Translations under genes and position numbers: made by a program
Source of the DNA: an uncultured Dehalococcoidales bacterium
GTDB taxonomy: Bacteria > Chloroflexota > Dehalococcoidia > Dehalococcoidales > UBA3254
Assembly (NCBI GenBank): GCA_964386535.1
Contig: CAYLRY010000011.1
Location: 2,396 to 66,395 of the forward strand
DNA length: 64,000 bases
Direction: 5' to 3'
In this document: positions 1 through 9,070 of the stretch, one piece after another
How positions within the stretch are numbered: the first letter of the stretch is position 1
How the letters are laid out: every line of letters begins with the position of its first letter
The notes under the pieces: model-generated
Told to the model about the DNA's origin: nothing
What the model saw: the letters and a program-made list of their open reading frames with translations, nothing else
Databases searched by the model: none

Positions 1-666
1 CTTCCTGATAGAAGCAGGCAGCATTTCACCGGTAAACCAGGCTTTTGTAACAGCGAAGTCTTTTTCAAATTGATGTCCCATTTCTTCTGCACGCTTGATA
101 ACCATCATAAGGAAGGTGGGAGTACCCACAAAGCCGGTGATTTTAAGATCAAGCATAGCCTTGATCAAGACCTCAGTATTTCCGGTACCCATTACCACCA
201 CTGTTGCCCCGCACTGACGCAGGCCTTCATGGAAAAGGATGCCCGCAGGAGACATATGATAAGTGAAGGTGTTAACCGCTATATCGCCCCGGCGGAAACC
301 GGCTGCGTAAAAAGAGCGGGCAAACCAGGCGATATGGGATTCCTGGTATTCGTAAATAGGACCCGGTGAGATAAAAATACGCTCTACTTCGGAGGCAGGA
401 ATGGCAAGCAGACCACCGAAGGGAGGCGAGGCCTGTTGAGCTTCAATCAAATCATTCTTGCGTATAACCGGCAGGAGTTCCAGGTCTTTCACTGTTTTTA
501 TCTGAGAGGGCTTTATGCCAGCTTTATCCATAATTTTTTTTGCTAGCGGGGCATTAAAGTAGGCGTGTTCTACCGTCTGCTTTAAATTTTCATTATGGTA
601 TTTTTCCCTGGCTTCCAGAGACATGGTCTCTAATTCATCAAAAAAACGGCTTTTCTCGATAGGCAT
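1..666 (-). CDS. phenylacetate-CoA ligase family adenylate-forming enzyme (PaaK-like), 3' part cut by window edge
   Basis: Own reverse translation from ATG at 666-664 with AAGGAGA upstream: MPIEKSRFFDELETMSLEAREKYHNENLKQTVEHAYFNAPLAKKIMDKAGIKPSQIKTVKDLELLPVIRKNDLIEAQ...GTGNTEVLIKAMLDLKITGFVGTPTFL. The frame stays open to position 1. The layout is typical of PaaK/F390-synthetase-type ligases. It is absent from the ORF track because there is no stop codon in the window. Confidence 0.7.
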   Translation of the reverse strand, partial: MPIEKSRFFDELETMSLEAREKYHNENLKQTVEHAYFNAPLAKKIMDKAGIKPSQIKTVKDLELLPVIRKNDLIEAQQASPPFGGLLAIPASEVERIFISPGPIYEYQESHIAWFARSFYAAGFRRGDIAVNTFTYHMSPAGILFHEGLRQCGATVVVMGTGNTEVLIKAMLDLKITGFVGTPTFLMMVIKRAEEMGHQFEKDFAVTKAWFTGEMLPASIRK

Positions 667-677
667 TCATTTTCTCC

Positions 678-1469
678 TTAGAGCCATCTCTTTCTTCTCT
701 TGTAGTGTTTAACCTCTCGATAGCTCTTTTTGGTGCCCATGGCGGACAGCCCTATGTAGAATTCCTTAACATCCTCGTTGTTTTTCAAGAAATCCGCTGT
801 GCCGTCCAGCACCACACGGCCGTTCTCCATAACATAGCCGTATTGAGCGATACTGAGGGCGATACGCACATTTTGTTCCACCAGCAGAACGGAGGTCTTG
901 CTCTCCGTATTGAATCTCCTGATGATATCATAAATTTCCTGCACCATCAGAGGAGCCAGCCCCAACGACGGTTCATCCAGCATCATCAGATTCGGACGGG
1001 CCATCATGGCCCTGCCAATCACCAGCATCTGCTGTTCACCGCCGGAGAGATAACCGGCGATGTTTTTACGTAAATCTTTCAGGCGTGGGAAGTATCCGTA
1101 GACCATGGCCAGATCATCTTTGACAGCCCGCCGGTCAGGTCGGGAGAAAGCGCCGACGTTCAAATTTTCTTCCACTGTCAGGTGTTCGAAAACGCGCCTG
1201 CCTTCCAGTGCCTGGATGATGCCCAGCTTGCCTACCTGCTCGGCATTCTTTTTATCTATACGCTGGCCATTCCACTCGATACTGCCGTCCGTAACCTCGC
1301 CTTCTTCTATATGCAGGAGACCGGAGATGGCTTTCAGGGTGGTGCTTTTACCCGCTCCGTTAGCTCCCAGCAGCGTTACAATCTGTCCGTCTTCGACGGC
1401 CAGGGATACTCCATGCAGCACACGGATTACATTCAGATAGGTGACTTCAATATTGTTCAGTTTCAGCAT
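678..1469 (-). CDS. branched-chain-amino-acid-type ABC transporter ATP-binding protein (LivF-like)
   Basis: 263-aa ORF with Walker A GANGAGKST, signature LSGGEQQML, Walker B MMLDEPSLGL and LVEQN. The LEGRRVF..LTVEENL block is typical of LivF. Confidence 0.9.
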   Translation of the reverse strand: MLKLNNIEVTYLNVIRVLHGVSLAVEDGQIVTLLGANGAGKSTTLKAISGLLHIEEGEVTDGSIEWNGQRIDKKNAEQVGKLGIIQALEGRRVFEHLTVEENLNVGAFSRPDRRAVKDDLAMVYGYFPRLKDLRKNIAGYLSGGEQQMLVIGRAMMARPNLMMLDEPSLGLAPLMVQEIYDIIRRFNTESKTSVLLVEQNVRIALSIAQYGYVMENGRVVLDGTADFLKNNEDVKEFYIGLSAMGTKKSYREVKHYKRRKRWL

Positions 1470-1504
1470 TTACAAAATTCCGGTTCCCTGTAATCAGTAT
1501 CACA

Positions 1505-1532
1505 AATGGGGCACGGCATGCCGTGCCCCATT
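1505..1532 (-). other. perfect 28-nt GC-rich palindromic hairpin between the SBP and LivF genes (intra-operon stabiliser or partial terminator)
   Basis: AATGGGGCACGGCATGCCGTGCCCCATT is self-complementary. No U-tract follows on the minus strand. Confidence 0.4.
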
Positions 1533-1544
1533 CAATTTATTATT

Positions 1545-2771
1545 TTACTTCGCTTCTATCCAGTCGCTTACAGCCACCATTTTACCTGCTTTGGTGACAT
1601 ATATTTTAACAGCGGTACCCAGTTTATTAGTACCATTGTAGGATACCGGGCCCTGGATGCCTTCAACTTTATAGCCGTTAAGTTTTTTAATTCCCTGTTC
1701 TTCTACGGCTTTCCAGGCCTCAGCGTCGCCTTTGGCCAGCTTGTCATAACCCACGTTTTTAACTGCATTTCTTAAAATCTCTGCCACTACCAGGCTGGTA
1801 CTCCAGTTGGCCAGATATTCCGCAGTGCCGTAATCGGAAGGGTTATTTTTTTTACAATATTCGGTAGCTTTAGCAATACCGGGTAAATCATCATCCCAGG
1901 TGACAGTGGTAAATACGCCGTAGGTACCCTCAACAACATCAACTCCGGCCAGGTCTACCAGGGACTTGCCCACAGCGGCATGACCCATACCCACGGTCAT
2001 GCTCGGGGTTAGCATGCCCAGGTCCTTGGCGTTTTTCAGGATTACGGAGGTCGGCTTAGGGGTACTGCCGATATAAATCACGTCAGGGTTCTTGGACTTG
2101 ATGCGGGTCAAACTTTCCATCTCGGAAATGGTGTCGGCTTTATGTTCCTCAGTGGCCACAAGATCAATGCCCAAGGAGGCAGCCCTGGCAACGGCGATGT
2201 CTTTCACACTGGAGCCGGTGGTGTTGTTCAGCAGGTGCAGAGCCATTTTAGGTTTACCGGAGCCTTTCCAGATGTTCTTGAAATAGTAATTAACGAAGGC
2301 TACCCAGTCATCACCGTAATCAGGTGAATGGGCGTATATATGCTCAGTCAAATTACTGGGAGCTGCAAATGAAACCAGCCCTGGGAAGCCTGCCCGGTTC
2401 GCAATAGTCTGAGCGGCAGTCATTTCAAAGGAGGACATGGTAGTAAAAAGGATAGCTCCTTCATTCATGAAATCTTTGACGATAGTGGAGACGTTATCGG
2501 CCGTGTACTGACTATCTCTCCAGGAAATCTGGATTTGATACCCATTGGCGCCATTTAACTCTTTGTTAATGTATTCTATAGCATCCTTCACAGCATCGCC
2601 GCCCGGTTTACCTTTTTCGGCAGCCGCTCCTGTGTAAGGTAAGATCATGCCGATTTTAAGCGCTTTGTTTTCAGTCGAACCGGATCCTGAACAGGCTGAC
2701 AGAGAAACAACAGATACGATGAGAACTAATCCAAGGACCAGTAGAAATAACCTGTGATAACCCTTTTTCAT
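1545..2771 (-). CDS. ABC transporter substrate-binding lipoprotein (LivK/type I periplasmic binding fold)
   Basis: Track ORF 1545..2792. I prefer the ATG at 2771, preceded by AAGGAGAG. Signal peptide plus lipobox LSAC. Operon position lies between the Liv permease and ATPase genes. Confidence 0.85.
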   Translation of the reverse strand: MKKGYHRLFLLVLGLVLIVSVVSLSACSGSGSTENKALKIGMILPYTGAAAEKGKPGGDAVKDAIEYINKELNGANGYQIQISWRDSQYTADNVSTIVKDFMNEGAILFTTMSSFEMTAAQTIANRAGFPGLVSFAAPSNLTEHIYAHSPDYGDDWVAFVNYYFKNIWKGSGKPKMALHLLNNTTGSSVKDIAVARAASLGIDLVATEEHKADTISEMESLTRIKSKNPDVIYIGSTPKPTSVILKNAKDLGMLTPSMTVGMGHAAVGKSLVDLAGVDVVEGTYGVFTTVTWDDDLPGIAKATEYCKKNNPSDYGTAEYLANWSTSLVVAEILRNAVKNVGYDKLAKGDAEAWKAVEEQGIKKLNGYKVEGIQGPVSYNGTNKLGTAVKIYVTKAGKMVAVSDWIEAK

Positions 2772-2807
2772 TGTACTCTCCTTTTTTCTCAAAACTCCTT
2801 ATTATGA

Positions 2808-3863
2808 TTAATATGAAAACGGCCATAACCTGTAGGAAGCCTTAAAGAGCGCCCACCTGTGGGCCAGACCCCGCGGCTCCAAAATCAAGAACAAAATGAT
2901 TACCATACCGAAGATGATAGGGGCTATGCCTGCGGCAAATCCGCCGGGCATAGCCGGGAAGGCGTTTTGTAGGGCAGGCGTCATTTTAGTTACCCCCACC
3001 TGCAGCAATTGAATCAGGGTTACGCCCAGGATAGGACCCAGGGTTGTACCCAGACCACCGATGATAATCATGCCCACGTAGAGGATGGAGTTCATAAAAC
3101 TGAAATGATCGGTGCTGATTGAACCGGTCCAGTGGGCCAGCAGTGACCCGGCGATGCCGGCCATGAAACAGCCTATGAAAAAAGCCAGCATTTTATACCG
3201 GAAAATATTGATGCCCATGACTTCGGCTGCCAGGTCATTGTCCCGGATGGCAATAAAGGCTCTGCCCACCCGAGTTCTGGCCATGTTTTTAGCTAAAAAT
3301 ATACAGATCACGGTAATGCCGATGATTAAATAAAATTGCTTAACTTCGCTATCGAACTGGAAACTACCAAACGAGGGATAAGGTGCGCTGATTCCGTTGT
3401 ATCCGCCGGTCAGCGATGTCCAGTGCTGGATAACCCAGATAATAATAAACTGGGCGGCAATAGAGGAAATAGCCAGATAAAAGCCTTTGACCCGCATGGA
3501 AGGAATGCCAAAAATCAGACCAATGACCCCTGCCATGAGACCGGAACAAATAAAGGCAACCGGAAAAGGTATACCCAGTTTATTGCTCAATATGGCGGAG
3601 GTATAAGCGCCCACAGCCATGAAACCGGCATGGCCGATGGAAAGCTGACCGCAGTAGCCCACAAGAATGTTCAGGCCTGTAGCTGAGATAAGGGTTATCG
3701 CTATCAGGTTAATCACACCCAGCCAGTAGTTACCCAGGTATAGCGGTACAGTAAAAAGAAAAAATAAAAAAGCTACCAGCAGAACCCACTGGGTCCTGGT
3801 ACGGACGATCGCCATGTCCTCAGCATAGCTGAAATTACGCGTCCCGCAAGGTAAACTACTCAT
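2808..3863 (-). CDS. branched-chain-type ABC transporter permease (LivM-like)
   Basis: 351-aa polytopic membrane ORF with LivM-like sequence (GQLSIGHAGFMAVGAY). Confidence 0.85.
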   Translation of the reverse strand: MSSLPCGTRNFSYAEDMAIVRTRTQWVLLVAFLFFLFTVPLYLGNYWLGVINLIAITLISATGLNILVGYCGQLSIGHAGFMAVGAYTSAILSNKLGIPFPVAFICSGLMAGVIGLIFGIPSMRVKGFYLAISSIAAQFIIIWVIQHWTSLTGGYNGISAPYPSFGSFQFDSEVKQFYLIIGITVICIFLAKNMARTRVGRAFIAIRDNDLAAEVMGINIFRYKMLAFFIGCFMAGIAGSLLAHWTGSISTDHFSFMNSILYVGMIIIGGLGTTLGPILGVTLIQLLQVGVTKMTPALQNAFPAMPGGFAAGIAPIIFGMVIILFLILEPRGLAHRWALFKASYRLWPFSY

Positions 3864-3869
3864 AATATA

Positions 3870-3946
3870 GTTCCTAGTTTTGAGTAACTAAATTCCAGTC
3901 TCCCTGTATCTCAGATCGGGCAATGGAAACTGGCAATTTGTAACTC
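3870..3946 (-). repeat. degenerate phased heptamer tract filling the livH-livM spacer
   Basis: Eleven in-phase 7-nt units. On the minus strand they include GAGTTAC, CAGTTTC and TAGTTAC at offsets that are multiples of 7. Confidence 0.45.
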
Positions 3947-3949
3947 AAC

Positions 3950-4834
3950 TTAAATCCTTTCAATCCTCTTCTCGCCGAAAAGACCAAACGGTTTCACCAT
4001 TATGACAATTATAATAATAAAAAAGGGAATGATGTCATTGATACCCGTCCACAGGTAGTGGGTTAAATAGCCTCCTCCTAAGCTGCGAGCCAGTCCGATG
4101 ATTGGACCGGCTATCATAGCGCCTACGAAGGAGTCAAGTCCACCCAGAATTACCACTGAAAAAGATTGCAGACCGGTCTCTACCAGTCCGTGGGATATGC
4201 CGCCGATACTGGAAATGAGAACACCGCCGATAGCCGCTACCAGGCAGGCGAACATCCAGGACATGGAGAAGATGCGGGTCACAGGGATGCCGCAGGCCTG
4301 TACAGCCATCTGATCGTCCGCGGTAGCCCGCATGGCGATACCCATACGGTGGTATTTAAAAAACAGGGTTAAAAGAATAAATACGATCAATGAAATGACC
4401 GCAGCCCAGATGTATTCCTGGGATATTACTGCAGTGCTGATACGCACCGCTTGCTGGGGGAATAACGGAGGCAGAGCGGCAATGCTCATCGGCCAGATTA
4501 GACTGACTACTCCACCTATGAAGTAAGCGATTCCAAGGGTAACGGCAATCAGGGAGAGAATAGGCTGGGCGATCAACGGCCGCAGGGCAAATCGCTCAAT
4601 AGTCCATCCCAGCGCCAGTGCAAAAAGGATGACCAGCGGGAAGGCCAGCCAGACCGGCAGATTGACCTGTACCAGCATACTGTAAGTAAACCAGGAACAA
4701 AGCAAGACCAGTTGTCCCAGGGCCAGGTTGGCTACACTGCTGGACTTCCAGATCAAAGCAAAACCCAAGCCAATGAGGGCATAAACCATACCCACAGCCA
4801 GGCCGGTAATAATAAACTGCGCCAGTTCACTCAT
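3950..4834 (-). CDS. branched-chain-type ABC transporter permease (LivH-like)
   Basis: 294-aa membrane ORF. Its start overlaps the stop of the upstream ligase gene by 4 nt. Confidence 0.85.
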   Translation of the reverse strand: MSELAQFIITGLAVGMVYALIGLGFALIWKSSSVANLALGQLVLLCSWFTYSMLVQVNLPVWLAFPLVILFALALGWTIERFALRPLIAQPILSLIAVTLGIAYFIGGVVSLIWPMSIAALPPLFPQQAVRISTAVISQEYIWAAVISLIVFILLTLFFKYHRMGIAMRATADDQMAVQACGIPVTRIFSMSWMFACLVAAIGGVLISSIGGISHGLVETGLQSFSVVILGGLDSFVGAMIAGPIIGLARSLGGGYLTHYLWTGINDIIPFFIIIIVIMVKPFGLFGEKRIERI

Positions 4835-6777
4835 TTCTTTTCTACCTGGTCCACTTTTCTTACCCTGATATGAGTTGAAACGGTCCCTTTCCGCCCGTCT
4901 CGATAAGTGACATTGGCCTGCACGGGCACCTGTTCCTTATCCAGGTACATGGCCTGTATCAGGTCCTTATATTTATCTTCTATAAATTCCCGCCTCAGTT
5001 TGCGGGTACGAGTGAGTTCAGCTTCATCCGCATCAAACTCTTTGTGCATGAGGACAAATTTATAAACCCTGGCCTGTTCCGGCAAATAGCCATTTACCCT
5101 GATAAGATCCTGACGTATCAGATCAGCCACCTGATCCTTTTGTGAAAGGTCTACAAAAGTGGTAAAGGGCAGCCGGTGACGTTCAGCCCATTTTCCCACC
5201 ATGGCGAAATCAATATTTATGATTGCTGAGACGAAGGACCTATCTTTGCCGCCTACCACCATGGCATCCTTAATATAAGGACTGAAGCGAAGGCGGCCTT
5301 CAATATATTGAGGGGCGTATTTTGCACCTGAACTCAGGACACCCAGGTGCTCTAACCTGTCGAGAAAGACCAGGTGTCCTTCATCATCTATATTGACTGC
5401 GTCATTGGTATGACACCAACCGCGGACAAAGGTCTCCGCTGTTTTCTTTTCATTTTTTAAATAGCCGCTGAACATACAATCACTTCTGACCAGCAATTCA
5501 CCTTCATCGGTAAGCCTGACTTCTGTGCCCAATGCCGGGCGTCCGACAGTCTCAAATTTCACCTCGCCCTGACTGTGAGAGGAGATAAAACCTGCCTCAG
5601 TGCTAGCATAGACCTGGCGTAACTCCACGCCCATAGCATGAATTAAACGGAAGGTATCCAGGCTTAATACCGAACTTCCGGTAACAGCGAAACGGACACC
5701 GCTTAATCCCAGTTTATCTTTCATAGGGCGAAATAGCGTCCAGTAGGCCAGGCTGTGGGCTGCCTGCCAGAAAACATTCGGAATTCGCCCATTAAACTTA
5801 ATATCAGCCAGCTTATGCCCCACAGGCATGAACCGGTTATAAAAGAAACGCTTTAAAGGACTGGTGTCAATGATTTTAACGTGAATATCACTGACCAGGC
5901 TTTCCCATTGCCGGGGCCCGTAAATAACAAAATTAGGGCCTACTTCACGGGTATCTTCGGCAATAGTCTCCGGTTCTTCCGGGAAATTCAGTATAGCGCC
6001 GGTCAGCAAATGGGGAATTGTACCGAAATAGCTGTCTCCTACCCAGGCTGCCGGGAAATTGGAAATCAAATTGTCTTTGGCTGTCAGCGGATACCGGGAG
6101 ACGAAACCTCTGGCTGTGGTAATCAGCGCTTGATGCGTGGTAATAGCCCCTTTGGGCAATCCAGTAGTACCTGAAGTGTAATATATGAAAGCAGTATCTG
6201 TGCTGCGGCCCTGGTCTACCCTCTCTTCGAAGAGACCGGGATGAGTTTTTTCGTATTCTCGTCCCAGTTCAATCACTTCGGCAAAACTTATAAGCAGAGG
6301 GTCATCATAGTTGCGCAGGCCTTTAGGATCCCAGTAAATAATCTTTTTAAGTAAAGGTAGCTCATCTTTAATTTCCAGGAATTTATCCGATTGTTCCTGG
6401 TCATTAACGATAGCGAATCTGGCATCGGAATGGGTGGCGATGTACTTGACTTCAGAGGGGATGCTATCCACAAAAATCCCCGTGGGAATGCCGCCCGCAG
6501 ACTGTACTGCGAACTCCCCCCAGAACCATTCCGGTTCATTATCGCCGATAATACAGACAGTATCTCCTTTTTGTAATCCCAGGCTAATAAGTCCCAGAGA
6601 AAAATACTTGACCTGAGTATAATATTCATGCCAAGTAAAACGCTGCCAGATGCCGAACCGCTTCATGCACATGGCAGTTTTTTCACCCCACTTATGGAAA
6701 TTGCTGCGGATTATCTGGGGAATAGTCTCCAGCTTTTCTCCCGACTGTTCAATATTGTTTTGGTGCGCCGTATTCAT
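4831..6777 (-). CDS. AMP-dependent acyl-CoA synthetase (long-chain-fatty-acid-CoA-ligase-like)
   Basis: 648-aa ORF with the AMP-binding motif YTSGTTGLPKGA and ligase core motifs. It is the first gene of the operon. Confidence 0.85.
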   Translation of the reverse strand: MNTAHQNNIEQSGEKLETIPQIIRSNFHKWGEKTAMCMKRFGIWQRFTWHEYYTQVKYFSLGLISLGLQKGDTVCIIGDNEPEWFWGEFAVQSAGGIPTGIFVDSIPSEVKYIATHSDARFAIVNDQEQSDKFLEIKDELPLLKKIIYWDPKGLRNYDDPLLISFAEVIELGREYEKTHPGLFEERVDQGRSTDTAFIYYTSGTTGLPKGAITTHQALITTARGFVSRYPLTAKDNLISNFPAAWVGDSYFGTIPHLLTGAILNFPEEPETIAEDTREVGPNFVIYGPRQWESLVSDIHVKIIDTSPLKRFFYNRFMPVGHKLADIKFNGRIPNVFWQAAHSLAYWTLFRPMKDKLGLSGVRFAVTGSSVLSLDTFRLIHAMGVELRQVYASTEAGFISSHSQGEVKFETVGRPALGTEVRLTDEGELLVRSDCMFSGYLKNEKKTAETFVRGWCHTNDAVNIDDEGHLVFLDRLEHLGVLSSGAKYAPQYIEGRLRFSPYIKDAMVVGGKDRSFVSAIINIDFAMVGKWAERHRLPFTTFVDLSQKDQVADLIRQDLIRVNGYLPEQARVYKFVLMHKEFDADEAELTRTRKLRREFIEDKYKDLIQAMYLDKEQVPVQANVTYRDGRKGTVSTHIRVRKVDQVEKK

Positions 6778-6808
6778 CTATTCCAGACATATTAACTTTA
6801 CTTTTCTA

Positions 6809-6841
6809 TATAAAAATACCTCCCCAGCTTGGGGAGGTATT
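6809..6841 (-). terminator. intrinsic terminator inside the operon leader (candidate attenuator)
   Basis: Minus-strand RNA AAUACCUCCCCA-AGC-UGGGGAGGUAUU followed by UUUUAU, ending about 30 nt upstream of the ATG at 6777. Confidence 0.55.
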
Positions 6842-6900
6842 CATAAATAATCCGGTATTAAAATTAAACTACGAATTTATTATGCCAGACCCCAAGCGCA

Positions 6901-6954
6901 TCATGTGCGCCCGGTAAATGTGAATTCCATCTGCTCAAATATCAGTCTTAACAT
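6901..6954 (-). CDS. candidate 17-codon leader peptide MLRLIFEQMEFTFTGRT
   Basis: Own translation. ATG at 6954 and TGA at 6903-6901. The stop lies 4 nt upstream of the antiterminator segment. The upstream SD (GAGAGAAG) is weak. Confidence 0.3.
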   Translation of the reverse strand: MLRLIFEQMEFTFTGRT

Positions 6955-6992
6955 GGTCCGGCTTCTCTCGCTTATCCTGAAAACAATTTAAT

Positions 6993-7022
6993 AGATTACC
7001 ATAATAAAAAGTACTCTGTCAA
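6993..7022 (-). promoter_or_regulatory. sigma70-like promoter for the leader and operon
   Basis: Minus strand: TTGACA, 18-nt spacer, then TGgTAATCT (extended -10). Confidence 0.45.
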
Positions 7023-7186
7023 ATACTTTTCCGGGCAATGGGGTTCCCCTTTTATCTTAAACGGCCCCCCTGCATGGAGGTTAATCATTGGAGTCACGAT
7101 GGAAATTGCCCGGGCTTTATTCAGCGGATTTAGTGACTATCTTTGATAGTTGCAATGCATGAGATGCCAGTCAAATTGTAGCCATT

Positions 7187-7909
7187 CTATGGTTTAATTT
7201 TTGCCTGTAAAGAGTCTATCTCAGGATAATAATACAACTTGGCGCCCCAGTATGGATCAGGTCCTGCGGATTTCATAGTGGCAGCCAGCGCCTGCTTTAT
7301 GGTGGTGTTTTCTATCCCGAGTTCCTTTAACAGGGTAATTGTAGCGCTGTCAACATAGCTGAGATCGACACTGGCATTCCAGCCTACATAGGCTGAGGCG
7401 CCTTTATTAACAAAGGCTTTGGCCAGATCATCAATATAAAGAGTTGAGCAACCCATAGTAATGATAAAGGTGTGGTCGAATTTACCTTTCATACTTTGAG
7501 TCACAAAGTCAGATCCGATAGCAAAAACCCAAGGATTGTTTTGATCAATCCTGGCTTTAGCCAGCTTGCCGCTTAACTGTTCCGGGATATGCCGGGTTTC
7601 CGAATAGCTTTCGCTGGTGAAAATACAGGTTTTGGGGATGGCTTTACCTTCACTGCCCAGGAGACCGGAATGCGCCCTGAAAATGATAACCCGGTAGCCC
7701 AGTTCCGGCAGACCGCGCAGCAGATCCACCGTTACTTCATCTCCCCGGTAATTGTCTACCTTATAACCGTATCCGTTCAGTATCTGGGTAGTCTGTTCGA
7801 TGAAAACCGGATTAGCCTGAAGAGTATATAACTGATCGATGATGGCAGCTTTTGTTTCTATGACCGGGACTGAATGAGAACAGCCGGTTAACATTATCAG
7901 TCCAACCAC
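7187..7909 (-). CDS. hypothetical lipoprotein; the true start may be the ATG at 7948 across a homopolymer frameshift
   Basis: 240-aa ORF with a GTG start, giving MVGLIMLTGC (lipobox LTGC). This is too short for a signal peptide unless the ORF is extended. Confidence 0.5.
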   Translation of the reverse strand: MVGLIMLTGCSHSVPVIETKAAIIDQLYTLQANPVFIEQTTQILNGYGYKVDNYRGDEVTVDLLRGLPELGYRVIIFRAHSGLLGSEGKAIPKTCIFTSESYSETRHIPEQLSGKLAKARIDQNNPWVFAIGSDFVTQSMKGKFDHTFIITMGCSTLYIDDLAKAFVNKGASAYVGWNASVDLSYVDSATITLLKELGIENTTIKQALAATMKSAGPDPYWGAKLYYYPEIDSLQAKIKP

Positions 7910-8028
7910 AAGAAAAGTAAAAAAAAGAGAAAAGACCCAGCCTGCATACTGTCCGCCGAGGCAGGTAAAAAAAGAAAACCCGTTTTCAGTTCTGCTGCAT
8001 TTCTCTGAAGGGAAAGTATTAAATCTAT

Positions 8029-9048
8029 TTAAAGGTTGTTCTTTCGTGCCAATCCTCCCTTCTGGGGGTTGAGCATGCCCGCTTCGCGAAACCAGTTTAA
8101 AGTATCATTTAGAGTGTCCCGTAATGGGCGGCTGTGATAGCCCAGCTCTGAAGTCGCTCTGTCACAGGCAATATTTTGATTGCAGGTGCTTAATGCCGTA
8201 AGAGAGGCACTGGTATACAGCGGACGTTTTCCTGTCAGCTCGTTAAGAGAGTTCAAAACAGGAGCTCCCGTACGGGCCAGCCAGGTCGGCACCACCAGGC
8301 GGGAGGCAGAGGTACCGGTCAATTCCTCAACCATTTTGGCCATTTCATGTACGGAAGCCCAGTGACCGGCTAAAAGATATTTAGCTCCGCAGGGGGCTTT
8401 TTCCTGAGCACGTATTGCTGCTGCAACTATATCACGTACGTCAACCCAGTTAAACCCACCTTTAACCAGGGCCGGTAATTTCCCCAGGGCCATTAAGATT
8501 AATACAGCGCCAAAATGAGAAGGTTTAAAATCATATGGACCTATAACTGCAGTGGGGTTGAGAATAACTGCGTCCAGTCCCTGTTCTATACCCTTCCGGA
8601 CTTCTCTTTCACCGGCAGCTTTTGAACGGTCATAAGGAGGGCTGCGTGATGCATCCACCAGGGAGCGCATTTCATCTACCGGCGTATCAAAAGGTTCCTG
8701 GGACATGGCATGTATGGAGCTAAAATGAACCAAGCGGCCTACACCGCATTTTAAACAGGACTCAACCACATGGCGTGTCCCCATAACATTAACAGACTCC
8801 AAAAGCGGCCAGTCATGACCGGAAATTGAAATAGCGGCTGCCAGATGATAGACTACATTCGCCTTAGTCATCAGACTTTCCAGTGATGCCGGATCGCGAA
8901 TATCTCCCCTGACTATTTCCACCGGTAGACCATCAAGGCCGGTTTTATCTTTAAATACCAGGACGCGCACGTGATGCTTTTGATCCAGCAACGAGCGTAC
9001 CAGATTGTTCCCGATATGTCCGTTGGCGCCGGTTATTGCGACTATCAT
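8029..9048 (-). CDS. NAD-dependent epimerase/dehydratase (extended SDR family)
   Basis: N-terminal GANGHIGNNLV Rossmann motif in a 339-aa protein, with a YxxxK-type region (YDRSK). Confidence 0.85.
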   Translation of the reverse strand: MIVAITGANGHIGNNLVRSLLDQKHHVRVLVFKDKTGLDGLPVEIVRGDIRDPASLESLMTKANVVYHLAAAISISGHDWPLLESVNVMGTRHVVESCLKCGVGRLVHFSSIHAMSQEPFDTPVDEMRSLVDASRSPPYDRSKAAGEREVRKGIEQGLDAVILNPTAVIGPYDFKPSHFGAVLILMALGKLPALVKGGFNWVDVRDIVAAAIRAQEKAPCGAKYLLAGHWASVHEMAKMVEELTGTSASRLVVPTWLARTGAPVLNSLNELTGKRPLYTSASLTALSTCNQNIACDRATSELGYHSRPLRDTLNDTLNWFREAGMLNPQKGGLARKNNL

Positions 9049-9070
9049 GAAATGCTTTTATATCACTTTT

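Noticed and set aside
70-369. A 99-aa plus-strand ORF at the window start.
   Set aside because: It is antisense to the PaaK-like ligase gene, whose frame is open and homologous over the whole region.
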